A stretch of 64,000 bases of DNA from an uncultured delta proteobacterium (GTDB lineage: Bacteria > Desulfobacterota > Syntrophia > Syntrophales > UBA5619). The stretch is from positions 1 to 64,000 of the forward strand of contig CAWFOM010000006.1 of NCBI GenBank assembly GCA_963817385.1, in the 5' to 3' direction. A program made the position numbers and the translations under genes. Within the stretch, counting starts at the first letter, position 1. Each line of letters opens with the position of its first letter. Below are positions 1 to 10,734 of this stretch, in pieces. Below the pieces are notes generated by a model. The model ran no database searches and was not told the origin of the DNA. It saw only the letters and a program-made list of their open reading frames with translations.

Positions 1-6
1 GATTGA

Positions 7-198
7 AAACTGCGGGGAAATTTTACCCGATGGGCTTCGGACTACGTTTGTGCCGCTCTTTTTCTTGATTTGGACCGCTTCAAGGTGATAAATGACAGCC
101 TCAGCAACACGGTCGGGGATGTCGTGCTCATCGAGATGGCCCGGCGGCTGGAGAGATTCAGGATGCGAGACGCCACGGGGGAACGACTGGTATGGTGA
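7..198 (+). pseudogene. Truncated GGDEF (diguanylate cyclase) domain fragment
   Basis: Frame 1 reads AALFLDLDRFKVINDSLSNTVGDVVLIEMARRL, a typical GGDEF N-terminal half. It is bounded by TGA at 4-6 and 196-198 and lacks the GGDEF motif. Confidence 0.65.
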
Positions 199-1067
199 AT
201 AACACGGAAAGCGGATCGACGGTTTCCATCCTGCTTGTTGAGGACGATCCCCTGAATCAAAAAGTCGGGAGGGCGATGCTGGCGCATTGCGGGTGCCGTG
301 TGGACATCGCCGGAAACGGCCGTGAGGCGGTGGATGCCGTTTCCCGACAGCGGTACGACATAATTTTTATGGATTGCCAGATGCCCGAAATGGACGGGTA
401 CGAAGCGACCGGCGCGATCAGGAAGAAGGAAACCGAAAACCAGGAAAGCGGTGCGGTCGCCCGCATCCCGATCGTGGCCTTGACCGGATATGCCACACAA
501 CAAGACCGGGAGCGGTGCCGGCAGGCGGGAATGGATGACTATATCAGCAAACCCTTCAGTGTTGCAGTTATTCAATCGATTCTCGATCGATGGCTTTCCG
601 CTCGACCTATGGAGAGTGGGGAGGGAAGAGGGACACAGACTTTTCCCGGGTTGAGGGCGGAGGGACCTGTCCGTCCGGATGAGCCCTCTCCCCTTGATCC
701 CAAGGCCCTTGACATGATCGCCTCGCTCCAGCCGAAGGGATCGGACGAGATCATGAAAAAGGTCATTGCACTGTATCTCGACAGCTCATTCAAGCTGATG
801 AAGGGCATCCGCGAGGCGGCGGAGAGGAATGATGCCGATGCCCTGCACCATGCCGCCCACACCCTCAAATCGTCAAGCGCGTATCTCGGCGCGATGACCC
901 TCTCGTCAATGAGCAAGGAACTGGAGACGATGGGGCGAGATAAGACGTTGGGGGAGGTCATGGCCCGCCTTGCGCCCTTTGAACATGAGTATGGAAGGGT
1001 TCGGAACGCTCTGGCGATGTTCCTGGACAGTGTGATGCCCGGCCCGAATGGTCCCCGTAAAAGATAG
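192..1067 (+). CDS. Response regulator receiver + Hpt domain protein
   Basis: ILLVEDD...IFMDCQMPEMDG...KPF receiver motifs; C-terminal HAAHTLKSSSAYLGA Hpt motif. Confidence 0.9.
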   Translation: MVNNTESGSTVSILLVEDDPLNQKVGRAMLAHCGCRVDIAGNGREAVDAVSRQRYDIIFMDCQMPEMDGYEATGAIRKKETENQESGAVARIPIVALTGYATQQDRERCRQAGMDDYISKPFSVAVIQSILDRWLSARPMESGEGRGTQTFPGLRAEGPVRPDEPSPLDPKALDMIASLQPKGSDEIMKKVIALYLDSSFKLMKGIREAAERNDADALHHAAHTLKSSSAYLGAMTLSSMSKELETMGRDKTLGEVMARLAPFEHEYGRVRNALAMFLDSVMPGPNGPRKR

Positions 1068-1411
1068 ATCCGCAGAGATGGCGTGAAAAGGGCGTGCGCG
1101 ATACAAGGCGTCAACGGCGTTTCTCCTCCGAATATTTTACCGACCATTATCAGGACTATCCGTAAAATCGATATACATGAGCTTGCCGTCATCCTTTCAC
1201 TCTCCAGTCGAACGGAGGGGGTTTCCGAATGGATCGACTGGTTGCGAGGGGAGATCGAAAAATTCCGGACGTCGTAATCAGCCGCAAGAAAAGTCCTTTC
1301 CTTAATTAACCGTGGCGTGGTAGATTAACCGTCAGAGCGGAATGCTTGAAGCTGCATCCATCTGCTGTGCAGTGCATCGATAACGATAATGGGAGAAAGA
1401 AAGGAACGGGT

Positions 1412-1969
1412 ATGAAGAGGGAGAACTTAATTCTTTTCAGCGGCGGGGCTGAAGGAGCTGAAGCGGAATTTGGCGCGAATGCGGAGCGCCTGGGGATTGA
1501 AGAGGTGAACTTCACCTTTGAAGGACACCGCATTGTGCGGCGAAGGGGCCTGCGCGTCCTGAATCATGAAGAACTGAAAAATGGAGATGTGAGCTTGACA
1601 TACGTCTCGAAATTGATGAATCGCCGTTACACGGAAAGTCCGACATTGCGGAAGGTCCTGCAGAGCATCTGGTATCAGATCAACAACGGACAGGAGATTT
1701 ACGTCGTCGGCGAGATCCTGGCGGACAAAACGGTCAAAGGGGGGACGGGATGGGGCGCCGAGTTTGCAAAAATATGCAACAAGCCCCTGTACGTGTTCGA
1801 TCAAAGGCGCAATGCCTGGTTCCGCTGGAATCAGGAAGAATGGGTTGAACGCGAGAAGGGAGACGAGCCCATCATCACCCACCTTCATTTCGCCGGGACG
1901 GGAACGCGCTATCTCGAAGAGAACGGCAGGAAAGCGATCAGGGAGCTCTTCGAGAGGACCTTCTCGTAA
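1412..1969 (+). CDS. Conserved hypothetical protein (SLOG/DprA-like fold possible)
   Basis: ATG at 1412 after a purine-rich RBS; LFSGGAEGAE and KGGTGWGAEFAK glycine-rich motifs. Confidence 0.7.
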   Translation: MKRENLILFSGGAEGAEAEFGANAERLGIEEVNFTFEGHRIVRRRGLRVLNHEELKNGDVSLTYVSKLMNRRYTESPTLRKVLQSIWYQINNGQEIYVVGEILADKTVKGGTGWGAEFAKICNKPLYVFDQRRNAWFRWNQEEWVEREKGDEPIITHLHFAGTGTRYLEENGRKAIRELFERTFS

Positions 1970-2083
1970 TCTTCGCGAGGTTACCGTTACCATCCGGAAG
2001 CCGGGCGACCCCCGACCCGACAATGTGTTTGCCGAAGGTCATGGGCCGGGGTTAACGGTTCCGGGCGCGCATGTCTGACCTCT

Positions 2084-3280
2084 CTATGTGCCTGCCATCT
2101 CCTCCTTCTTCCAGGGGGGGAGAAGCTTTATCAAGATCGACAAGATGATAAAAGGAATGATCAATAACGCCAGGGCAACGAGGAATCCCTCAATGCCCAT
2201 CAGCTCCATTTTGTAGGTGGTCAACCCCCGGAAACTCTTCGAAAACAGTTGTCCGCCGATCACGACATTCCACCTGGTGCTGAAGATCCCCAACTGGATG
2301 AGCAAGCCGCAAACGAAATAGAGAAGCCTCCTCACTTCTTCTTGAAGCTTCAATACCCTGATAACCACCATGATGCCCAGAGGCAGCAGCATGCCCAGCA
2401 GGATCTGGAGCACCACGAGACTCATAAAGAGCTTCGTGCTCACCAACTGGGACAGGATCTTGATCGACTCTTCACTTTCGTAAAGGCGGTGGATAAAATC
2501 AAGGACTTCAATGGAAAAGTCGACAATAACGGCATAGAAGAGGAAAGAGGCCACCTTGTCAAGACATTTCATGTCTATTTTCCCGCCCCGGAGAGGCACG
2601 ATGATCATATAGAGCAACATGACAATGGCAATCCCCGAGACGATGGCCGAAAAAAGGAAGACGACCGGCATCATAACGCTGCTCCACCAGGGATTGGCCT
2701 TGATGGACCCGAAGATGAAGCCTACGTACCCGTGGAGGAGAAAGGCCGACGGGATACCGATGATCGTGATCGTTTTTACCGTCTTTTTATCGAAGGCGAC
2801 AGCTTTTTCGCTGATATCGGTGGAAAAGAGGGAGAGGATCTTCAGCACCCACTTTTTCAGGCCCGTCGACTCGGCGGACCACACAATCATGTCCCGTCGG
2901 TATTCAAACCATATTTCCAATAGCAGCACCAGCATCAGGTACCAGAGATAAACGAACCCGAACATGGCCATGGCCGATGTCAGATTGGGGGTTATGAACA
3001 TCTCGAGGGAACGCTCCGGACGGCCGAGATGGAGCTGCAACGGGAGGGGCGCAATCAGGAGAAAGGCCAGCGCCGTGAGCAGGGCCAACCGGTACGTGGG
3101 CTGTAATTCCTTGACGTTGAAAACCTTGACAAGGGAGGCGAGGATGAAGGCCCCGGCTACGAGTCCTGTGATGTACGGATACACCACGATCAGGATCGAC
3201 CAGTGGATTTCGATCTCGTTGGGGTAGATAAACCCCACCACCTGTTTGGAAAGTTCCATAAAATTCTGGGCTGCTTCCAT
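2084..3280 (-). CDS. NrfD/PsrC-family membrane anchor subunit
   Basis: Multi-TM protein with W..LIVVYPYITGLVAG and HLGRPER motifs; follows the 4Fe-4S gene. Confidence 0.9.
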   Translation of the reverse strand: MEAAQNFMELSKQVVGFIYPNEIEIHWSILIVVYPYITGLVAGAFILASLVKVFNVKELQPTYRLALLTALAFLLIAPLPLQLHLGRPERSLEMFITPNLTSAMAMFGFVYLWYLMLVLLLEIWFEYRRDMIVWSAESTGLKKWVLKILSLFSTDISEKAVAFDKKTVKTITIIGIPSAFLLHGYVGFIFGSIKANPWWSSVMMPVVFLFSAIVSGIAIVMLLYMIIVPLRGGKIDMKCLDKVASFLFYAVIVDFSIEVLDFIHRLYESEESIKILSQLVSTKLFMSLVVLQILLGMLLPLGIMVVIRVLKLQEEVRRLLYFVCGLLIQLGIFSTRWNVVIGGQLFSKSFRGLTTYKMELMGIEGFLVALALLIIPFIILSILIKLLPPWKKEEMAGT

Positions 3281-3281
3281 A

Positions 3282-4028
3282 TCAGTTCACCTCGCCGTCA
3301 AGATTTGCATAATAAACTTTGGGATCCGTATTCAGATACGGCTTGAGGACGTGCACCTTGTTCATCCGGATGAACCGTCCCAGCGGGCTGGCGGAGCTCT
3401 TCATGTCTCCAAACAGTCTCGCCTGTTTCGGACAAACTTCCACACAGGCGGGCAGCAAGCCTCGCACCAGGCGGTGATAGCAGAAATTGCACTTATCGGC
3501 GACCCTCGTGACAGGATGGAGATAGCGCACCCCGTATGGGCAGGCCTGAATGCAATACCGGCAGCCGATACAGCGTTTGGTATCTACCAGTATGACGCCG
3601 TCGTCGGAGGTGAATGTGGCGCCCACCGGGCAGACCTGCACGCAGGGGGCGTGATCGCACTGATTGCAGAGCTTCGGGACAAAAAAACTTCGCAGCACAT
3701 CCCGTTCCGCGACGCTGTCGGCCGGTTGCTCGAGGCCCGTACTGATGGTGTTGATCGTTACGCTCTTGTCCACCTTGATCACATATCGTTCAACCCAGGT
3801 GCGGAAGTAAAAGGGATCGCTGGGGACATCGTTTTCCGTTTTACAGGCCTGCATGCATCTGCCGCAGCCGATGCATTTGTCGATGTCGATTCCCATACCG
3901 TAGTAATGTTTGGCCGTATCATAATCCTTATGAATGATCCTTGCCCAGGCGGCTGCGGACATTCCCCCGACGATGCCGCCGGATGAAATAATCAGGCAGA
4001 GCTGCTTCAAAAAGTCTCGTCGATCCAT
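3282..4028 (-). CDS. NrfC/PsrB-like 4Fe-4S dicluster protein with Tat signal
   Basis: MDRRDFLK twin-arginine signal; CIGCGRCMQAC, CNQCDHAPCVQVCP, CIGCRYCIQACP and CNFC motifs; start overlaps the upstream stop (TGATG). Confidence 0.92.
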   Translation of the reverse strand: MDRRDFLKQLCLIISSGGIVGGMSAAAWARIIHKDYDTAKHYYGMGIDIDKCIGCGRCMQACKTENDVPSDPFYFRTWVERYVIKVDKSVTINTISTGLEQPADSVAERDVLRSFFVPKLCNQCDHAPCVQVCPVGATFTSDDGVILVDTKRCIGCRYCIQACPYGVRYLHPVTRVADKCNFCYHRLVRGLLPACVEVCPKQARLFGDMKSSASPLGRFIRMNKVHVLKPYLNTDPKVYYANLDGEVN

Positions 4029-4771
4029 CAGATCCCTCCTAACATATGCGGGTAGTGGCACTGCCAGCAAACATATTTTTCCCCATGGGTGGCCATGTCA
4101 ACGGTCGGCACCCCTTTGGCGCCGGAACCTTGCGCATGACACTTTCCGCAAAATTCCCGTTTATCCGGTTTCGTCGGCGTCACGGTTCTCGGTGAAGTCT
4201 TGTGTTGTTCCGGTGCGGTGTGGCAGACGGTGCACGCAAGCAGGGCATGGTAAGACGTCGCCTTGGTCCTTTCAATCTGCGCATGGCAGGCTGCGCAGGA
4301 GCGGGGCGTCTTCGGCGGTTTGGGGTTATGCGGATTATGGCATGTTATGCACGGCTTCCGCGGATTATGCGTATCCGGGTTGATCTGGGGAAAGCCGGTC
4401 GGCCGTGAAGAGCTATAGGTATGACAGTAGGAGCAGTAATCGCGCTTTTTCGGCGAACTGGGCTTCACCTCCGTGGGATTATCGACGTGTTTCTGTGCGG
4501 CGCCGTGACAGGACTCGCAGGACAAATCCCTGTGGTAGCCGGTTTTCTTGGTGTCTCGTTCCGTTTCGTGACATTGGCCGCAGATCTCGGCGCCGGCATA
4601 TTTGATTTCCTTGTTCGCTTCCCTCTCCATGGTAGCTGATTGTATCAGCGCCGTCTCTTTCATTTCGGGAGGGATGATGAATTGTCGGATAACAAACATT
4701 GCCGCCGCCAAGACGACAAATACAATAATAACTCTGACTGCCTGTTCAGGAAGCTTATGAAGAAATTTCAT
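4028..4771 (-). CDS. Membrane-anchored octaheme cytochrome c
   Basis: 8 CxxCH motifs (CGQCH, CESCH, CSYCH, CITCH, CAACH, CTVCH, CGKCH, CWQCH) and an N-terminal TM helix. Confidence 0.9.
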   Translation of the reverse strand: MKFLHKLPEQAVRVIIVFVVLAAAMFVIRQFIIPPEMKETALIQSATMEREANKEIKYAGAEICGQCHETERDTKKTGYHRDLSCESCHGAAQKHVDNPTEVKPSSPKKRDYCSYCHTYSSSRPTGFPQINPDTHNPRKPCITCHNPHNPKPPKTPRSCAACHAQIERTKATSYHALLACTVCHTAPEQHKTSPRTVTPTKPDKREFCGKCHAQGSGAKGVPTVDMATHGEKYVCWQCHYPHMLGGI

Positions 4772-5072
4772 GCCATCCCTCCCCTTCAATCGGTCTTTAA
4801 CCTTCGCTGAGCAAAGGTATGTCTATAGTTTTTACCCGTGATGATTCCACCATGGGTATAAATGCATAAACGCGGTTCTGACGATCGGTTGACCATGTCA
4901 GGCCGACTGTCTGCCCGAATGGATTTCCCGGATGTTGCCTAGGGTAACTCGCTTTTGGGTGGGGAGTATATGAAGATGACTTTCACATGTCAAGTGAATT
5001 TATCGTAATTGTTGGGAAGCGGGATTCGAGGCGAGAGGGGAGGCTCTCGGGGTTTTCAAAGGGCGATCACAC

Positions 5073-5849
5073 TTAATGCAAAATCTGGCTTAAAAAGAGT
5101 TTTGTCCTGTCGTGCCGCGGGTTCTCAAAAAATTCATGCGGGGTGTTTTCTTCAACGAACTTGCCAAAATCCATGAACATAACCCGGTGCGCAACACTTT
5201 TTGCGAATCCCATTTCATGGGAGACGACGATCATGGTCATGCCTTCTTCGGCAAGGTTTATCATGACATCCAGAACTTCTTTCACCATTTCGGGATCAAG
5301 AGCGGACGTCGGCTCGTCAAAGAGCAGCACCTTCGGTTTCATGCATAGACTGCGGGCAATAGCGACCCGTTGCTGTTGACCTCCGGAGAGCTGTCCCGGA
5401 TACTTGTGCGCCTGTTCCGCGATATGCACTTTTTCCAGATAGTACATCGCTATTTCTTCCGCCTCTTTTTTGGGTTTCTTTCTGACCCATATGGGACCAA
5501 GCGATAGGTTTTCAATGATGGTCAGGTGGGGAAAAAGGTTGAAATGCTGAAATACCATGCCCACTTCTTCGCGGATCTTCTCTATGTTCTTGAGGTTGTT
5601 GGTGAGCTCAATTCCATCAACGAAAATGTTGCCCTTCTGGTGTTCCTCAAGCCTGTTGATGCAGCGGATGAGGGTTGATTTTCCCGATCCCGAAGGGCCG
5701 CAAATGACGATGCGTTCACCCTTGTATACCGTCAGGTTGATATCGTTCAAGACATGCAAATCGCCAAACCACTTGTGCATACAGGTAATTTCAATGATTT
5801 TATTTTCCGACGATCGTTTTATGCTGTTTTGTGCCGGTTGATCATTCAT
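5073..5849 (-). CDS. aapP: Polar amino acid ABC transporter ATP-binding protein
   Basis: GPSGSGKS Walker [14 protein letters not shown] signature, [11 protein letters not shown]. Confidence 0.9.
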   Translation of the reverse strand: MNDQPAQNSIKRSSENKIIEITCMHKWFGDLHVLNDINLTVYKGERIVICGPSGSGKSTLIRCINRLEEHQKGNIFVDGIELTNNLKNIEKIREEVGMVFQHFNLFPHLTIIENLSLGPIWVRKKPKKEAEEIAMYYLEKVHIAEQAHKYPGQLSGGQQQRVAIARSLCMKPKVLLFDEPTSALDPEMVKEVLDVMINLAEEGMTMIVVSHEMGFAKSVAHRVMFMDFGKFVEENTPHEFFENPRHDRTKLFLSQILH

Positions 5850-5885
5850 AAGCGTTCTCTTCCTTTTTGGCTGGGCGCGCCGCCG

Positions 5886-6977
5886 TTATGTATGCAGCTC
5901 TTTTTCGAGTCGGCGACTGTAACTGGACATGGCATAACAACAGACAAAATAGATCAGTGCGACGAAGATATAGGCTTCGGGGCTGAATCCCGTCCATAAC
6001 GGGTTGGCTAGCGCAGACTTGGTCGTTTTCAGGATATCATAGAGAGCAATGATTACCACCAGGGATGTATCCTTGAATGCGGAAATCAGTATTCCCACGG
6101 ACGGAGGAATAACGATTTTCAGCGCCTGCGGCAGGACGATCAGCCGCATCTTCTGGGCATAATTCAACCCCAGGGATTCCGCGGCTTCGTACTGACCGCG
6201 GGTAATCGCCTGCAATCCTCCTCTCACCACTTCGGCGATGTACGCCGCGGTGAACATGATGATCGCCGCCTGGGCGCGGAGGATCTTGTTGAGCGTGAGC
6301 CCTTCCGGGAGGAACAGGGGAAACAGGACCGCCGACATGAACAGCAGGCTGATAAGCGGCACCCCGCGAATCAGCTCGATGTAGAGGATACAGACCGTTT
6401 TTATCGCCGGCATCTTCGATCTTCGCCCCAGTGCGAGGAGCACCCCGAGCGGATATGCGGCCACCATTCCGAATACGGAGAGCATAAGAGTAAGGGGCAA
6501 ACCGCCCCACTGGTCGCTCTCAACGGCCCGTAACCCGAAGATGCCTCCTTTCATGAGGATGCCCATGGTAACAAGGCCTGCGACCCACAGGTAGCACAGG
6601 GATGCCTTCCAATGGTCCCTGTTTTTGCTGTATAAAAGAAGGCTCACGAGCATGACGATCGCGACAAACGGCCGCCAGTGCAGCTCGTGCGGGTAGAAAC
6701 CGAAGAGAATAAAGCGGATGTTCGCCGGGATGATGGACCAGCATGCGCCGTGTCCGGCGCGGCATTGTTCGGAGGTGGAGAACCAGAGGCTGTCGATGAA
6801 TGCCCACTGAACAAAAGGCGGAATGATCTTGTAGAGAAAAAAGAGTATCACAATGGTGAGGATGGAATTGAAAACGCCGTTAAACAGGTTCGATTTCATC
6901 CATTGCACGACCCCGATCCTGATGATCGGGGCTGATAATCCTTCCTGTTGCGGAATATTTTTTTGCGATTCGACCAT
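5886..6977 (-). CDS. aapM: Amino acid ABC transporter permease
   Basis: WGGLPLTL, RGVPLI and EVVRGGLQAI..GQYEAA (EAA loop) motifs. Confidence 0.88.
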   Translation of the reverse strand: MVESQKNIPQQEGLSAPIIRIGVVQWMKSNLFNGVFNSILTIVILFFLYKIIPPFVQWAFIDSLWFSTSEQCRAGHGACWSIIPANIRFILFGFYPHELHWRPFVAIVMLVSLLLYSKNRDHWKASLCYLWVAGLVTMGILMKGGIFGLRAVESDQWGGLPLTLMLSVFGMVAAYPLGVLLALGRRSKMPAIKTVCILYIELIRGVPLISLLFMSAVLFPLFLPEGLTLNKILRAQAAIIMFTAAYIAEVVRGGLQAITRGQYEAAESLGLNYAQKMRLIVLPQALKIVIPPSVGILISAFKDTSLVVIIALYDILKTTKSALANPLWTGFSPEAYIFVALIYFVCCYAMSSYSRRLEKELHT

Positions 6978-6985
6978 GGTGTTCT

Positions 6986-8182
6986 CTATCTCTCCACAAG
7001 CGCCATCTTCTTATTGTACCAGTTCATGAAAAGCGACGTCAGCAGGCTGAAGCAGAGGTAGACAATCATGATAAGAGAAATCCCTTCGATGGCCTGTCCC
7101 GTCTGATTAATCGTCGTACTGGCGACGGAAACGAAATCAGGAAATCCGATAGCAACGGCAAGAGAGCTGTTTTTTGTCAGGTTCAACATCTGGCTGGTAA
7201 GCGGCGGAATGATCACCCGCAATGCCTGGGGCAGGATGACGAGGCTGAGGATTTGCCCCGGTCTCAGGCCTATCGCCATGGCCGCTTCCGTTTGTCCCTT
7301 GCCGATGGCCTGAATGCCAGCTCGAACAATTTCTGCCACGAACGCGGCGGTATACAGAACAAGTCCGAGTAGGAGCGCTCCGAATTCCGGGCTCACATTC
7401 AACCCGCCCCGGAAATTAAACCCCGCCAGTACCGGTATGCTCATCGCATGAGGCGCCCCGGCCAGGAGCCATGTTGCCAGGGGAAAACCGATGATGATCC
7501 CGATCGATAATGTGAAGACGGGGAAGATCTGTCCGGTCTTCTCCTGGCGCTTTCTTGCCCAGCGGTGCATAACATAAACAGCGATGCAGCCGACAATACA
7601 GGCGATCGCCATGTATTGATACGCATCGTGCCATTCCGGCACGGCAATGACAAGCCCGCGGTTGCTCATAAAGACACCGGTTATCGGCGCTATCGCTTCC
7701 CGCGGCGAAGGCAGGATATCATAAAAAAAGGAATACCAGAAAAACAGCTGGAGCAAGATCGGGATGTCCTGCATAACCTCGATATAGACCGCTGCAATTT
7801 TTGATACAAGCCAGTTTTTTGATAGCCTGGCAATCCCGAGAAAGGTGCCTAAAATAACCGTAAGGACAACACCGACAAATGCGACTTTGATGGTATTCAA
7901 CACACCGACCAGGAGCGCCTTCAGGTAGGTATCGGCAGCAGAATAGGAAATCAGGGATTCGCCGATTTCGAAGGAGGCCTCTTTCTGGAGAAATCCAAAT
8001 CCCGTTGCTATTGATTGCCTTCGAAGATTTTCAACGGTATTACTGAACAGATAATACCCGAGAAGGCAGACCATGCCGAGCACGACGAGCTGATAGAGGA
8101 TCGCGCGTATCTTCGGGTCGTTCAAAAAAGCGCCCTTTTGCCCGTGAGTCCCGATACCATCTGAAGGGTTGCCCTTGTGCAT
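6986..8182 (-). CDS. aapQ: Amino acid ABC transporter permease
   Basis: GFGFL, LLVGVLNT, EIVRAGIQAI.KGQTEAA and NLTKNSSLA motifs. Confidence 0.88.
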   Translation of the reverse strand: MHKGNPSDGIGTHGQKGAFLNDPKIRAILYQLVVLGMVCLLGYYLFSNTVENLRRQSIATGFGFLQKEASFEIGESLISYSAADTYLKALLVGVLNTIKVAFVGVVLTVILGTFLGIARLSKNWLVSKIAAVYIEVMQDIPILLQLFFWYSFFYDILPSPREAIAPITGVFMSNRGLVIAVPEWHDAYQYMAIACIVGCIAVYVMHRWARKRQEKTGQIFPVFTLSIGIIIGFPLATWLLAGAPHAMSIPVLAGFNFRGGLNVSPEFGALLLGLVLYTAAFVAEIVRAGIQAIGKGQTEAAMAIGLRPGQILSLVILPQALRVIIPPLTSQMLNLTKNSSLAVAIGFPDFVSVASTTINQTGQAIEGISLIMIVYLCFSLLTSLFMNWYNKKMALVER

Positions 8183-8241
8183 GTTTCTCCGCTATTTTCT
8201 ATCGAACGGCGATACGGCCCATTGAAGGCACTCACTGCATG

Positions 8242-8290
8242 GCAATAACTGATAGCATCGGGCGACGTTCCCTTTGCTATCAGCTATTGC
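8242..8290. repeat. Intergenic stem-loop between binding-protein and permease genes
   Basis: GCAATAACTGATAGCA ... TGCTATCAGCTATTGC inverted repeat; position typical of mRNA-stabilising hairpins in ABC operons. Confidence 0.6.
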
Positions 8291-8316
8291 AGCAAATATA
8301 TGCTATTACGTTTATA

Positions 8317-9333
8317 TCATCTGAATGGCGGAGAATACATGAGGCCGCCGTTTTTCCATAGGGCATTCAACCCGCGCTCCAGTTTCAGGGGGGTGTTTTT
8401 CCCCACGCTGCGCTCGAAAATTTCCGCATAGTTGCCGACCTGCTTGATGATGTTGTAGGCCCATTTTTCGCTCAGTCCGAGGGCCTTCCCATTTCCGGCA
8501 GTGACGCCCAGATAACGCTGCACCGCCGGATTGGTGCTCTTGAGCATTTCGTCAACATTCTTCGAGTTGATGCCCAGGTCTTCCGCTTCGATCATGGCAA
8601 GCACCGCGAAGTTCACGATGTCCCTCCATTGAATGTCCCCTTGACGCACCGCCGGGGCCAGGGGTTCCTTGGAGATGATATCGGGAAGAATGACATAGTC
8701 GTCCGGGTTCGGCGCAACGGCGCGTGTTCCGGCAAGCTGGGATGCATCGGAGGTCAAGCAGTCGCACCGCCCCGCAAAAAAGGCCTTGGCAAGCTCGGCA
8801 TTGCTCTCAATGACGACCGGTTTCATCTTCATCTTGTTTGACCGGAAATAGTCGGCGACATTGAGCTCCGTCGTCGTCCCGGGGAGGACGCAGACAGTCG
8901 CGCCGTCGAGTTCTTTGGCGCTTTTGATCTTCAGTTTCTTGGGAACCAGGAACCCCTGGCCGTCATAGTAGTTCACTTGGGCAAAATCGAGACCGAGTTC
9001 CGTATCGCGCCCGAGGGTCCAGGTTGCATTGCGGCACAGCACGTCGATCTCTCCGGATTGAAGCGCCGTAAAACGCTGAACCGCCGTCAGGGGAATGAAC
9101 TTGACCTTGTTGGCATCGCCAAACACCGCCGCGGCGATGGCGCGCCCCGTATCGACGTCGAGGCCTCGCCATACGCCTTTTTCATCGGGCTTCCCGAAGC
9201 CGAACAGTTCACCGTTCACCCCGATCTGGATAAACCCCTTGGCCTTGACGTTGTCAAAGGTCTGTCCCGCAAAGGCCACTCCGGAAAATGCGACAATAAC
9301 AGCCAAAACCAACCATAACTTCAATAGCTTCAT
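8317..9333 (-). CDS. aapJ: General L-amino acid ABC transporter substrate-binding protein
   Basis: Signal peptide; RFTALQSGEIDVL.RN.TWT, YYDGQGF, ISKEPL and QVGNY.EIF motifs. Confidence 0.9.
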   Translation of the reverse strand: MKLLKLWLVLAVIVAFSGVAFAGQTFDNVKAKGFIQIGVNGELFGFGKPDEKGVWRGLDVDTGRAIAAAVFGDANKVKFIPLTAVQRFTALQSGEIDVLCRNATWTLGRDTELGLDFAQVNYYDGQGFLVPKKLKIKSAKELDGATVCVLPGTTTELNVADYFRSNKMKMKPVVIESNAELAKAFFAGRCDCLTSDASQLAGTRAVAPNPDDYVILPDIISKEPLAPAVRQGDIQWRDIVNFAVLAMIEAEDLGINSKNVDEMLKSTNPAVQRYLGVTAGNGKALGLSEKWAYNIIKQVGNYAEIFERSVGKNTPLKLERGLNALWKNGGLMYSPPFR

Positions 9334-9468
9334 CAGTTTTTCCTCCTTTTCTGGTTATCGGTTATCAGTAAGAGTTAACAAATGTTCCACTCAGGTCACC
9401 TCTTTCATTTTACGCCCTCGGGTAAAGTCGGCCACCTTCACTCCGGGCGGGGTTTCGTCACTCATACG

Positions 9469-10719
9469 CTATGGCTTTATCCGCTCGTACTGGCGTTTGG
9501 CGGTTGCCTTTGCATATTTTGAATGGATAAAATCGCCGCGTTGAATGGGAATGGCGATCCTCATGAAGAGCGTAAAGATCAGAAGCCCAAAGGCCCAGAT
9601 ACCCAAAGAAATCGATATTTCCGTTATATTCGGCATATATTCGTAGATTTCGCCGAGGGGATCGGGAATGAAACCGGGTACGATCAGACCGAGCCCCTTC
9701 TCAATCCACACGCCCGTTATGATGAGAAGCGAGCCGATGTTGAGCGTTACAATGTTTTCCCGGGTTTTCGGAATCAAAAATAGGACAAACGCGGTAATGT
9801 TCATAACCATTGCCGACCATATCCAAGGGACCAGGGAATGATGCCCGTGCAGCCCCTGATAGAGATATTCCATGGGCGCCAGGTGAATGGTGCCGCTGTA
9901 GTACTCCTTGAACAGCTCGGCCCCGAGCAGGAAGAGATTGATAAACATCGCGTAAGCCATCAACTCGGAAATCTTGAAAAGGGCTTCGTTTTTAATCTTC
10001 ATCCCTGCCGTTTTCCGCAGAATCTGGAAAATGATGATGGCCATGGCCGGCCCCGAGCAAAAGGCGCTGGCGAGAAAACGGGGAGCCAGGATGGAGGCGT
10101 TCCAGAAGGGTCTGGCGGCCAGTCCGTTGTAGAGGAAGGCGGTAACGGTATGGATGCCCACGGCCCAGGGTATGGAGAGCAGGACCAGCGGAATGACGAA
10201 ACGCCGGTTGGGTTCCTTGCCGAAGTAGATTTTTACCAGAATATAGATCGGGACAAGCGTGTTCAGGAGAAGATAGCCGTTGAGCACGATGACGTCCCAG
10301 GCGAGCAACGAATCGGGGAATGACAGAATGCCGATGAAGGGGATGATATGCCAGAACCGATCCGGCCTGCCCAGATCGGCGAGGACGAACATCAGGGCCA
10401 TGATGATCGCCGAAGCGGCGAGGAGCTCGCCTAACACGACGATCTCCTTGATCGGATCGAAGTGATAAATGTAAGCGGGTATAACGAGAAGAACGGCTGC
10501 GGCGGCCACGCCGACCAGGTAGGTGAAGTTGCCGATGTAAAGCCCCCAGGAAACCTGGTCCCGCATATTCGTGACCAAGAGTCCCGTATCCAGTTGTTTG
10601 ATGTAGAAGGTGATGGCCACGCCGATGACGGCAAGAAGAAAGACGCACCACAGGGTGTACGCCTTCGTTCCGGAAAAGACCATGCCGACCGTTGTCTTGA
10701 AAAATCTCCAGGCTTCCAT
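9469..10719 (-). CDS. NrfD/DsrP-like membrane subunit
   Basis: SWGLYIGNFTYLVGVAAAA, DLGRPDRFWH and IHTVTAFL motifs; about 10 TM helices. Confidence 0.9.
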   Translation of the reverse strand: MEAWRFFKTTVGMVFSGTKAYTLWCVFLLAVIGVAITFYIKQLDTGLLVTNMRDQVSWGLYIGNFTYLVGVAAAAVLLVIPAYIYHFDPIKEIVVLGELLAASAIIMALMFVLADLGRPDRFWHIIPFIGILSFPDSLLAWDVIVLNGYLLLNTLVPIYILVKIYFGKEPNRRFVIPLVLLSIPWAVGIHTVTAFLYNGLAARPFWNASILAPRFLASAFCSGPAMAIIIFQILRKTAGMKIKNEALFKISELMAYAMFINLFLLGAELFKEYYSGTIHLAPMEYLYQGLHGHHSLVPWIWSAMVMNITAFVLFLIPKTRENIVTLNIGSLLIITGVWIEKGLGLIVPGFIPDPLGEIYEYMPNITEISISLGIWAFGLLIFTLFMRIAIPIQRGDFIHSKYAKATAKRQYERIKP

Positions 10720-10734
10720 GAAACCCTCGTGCCG

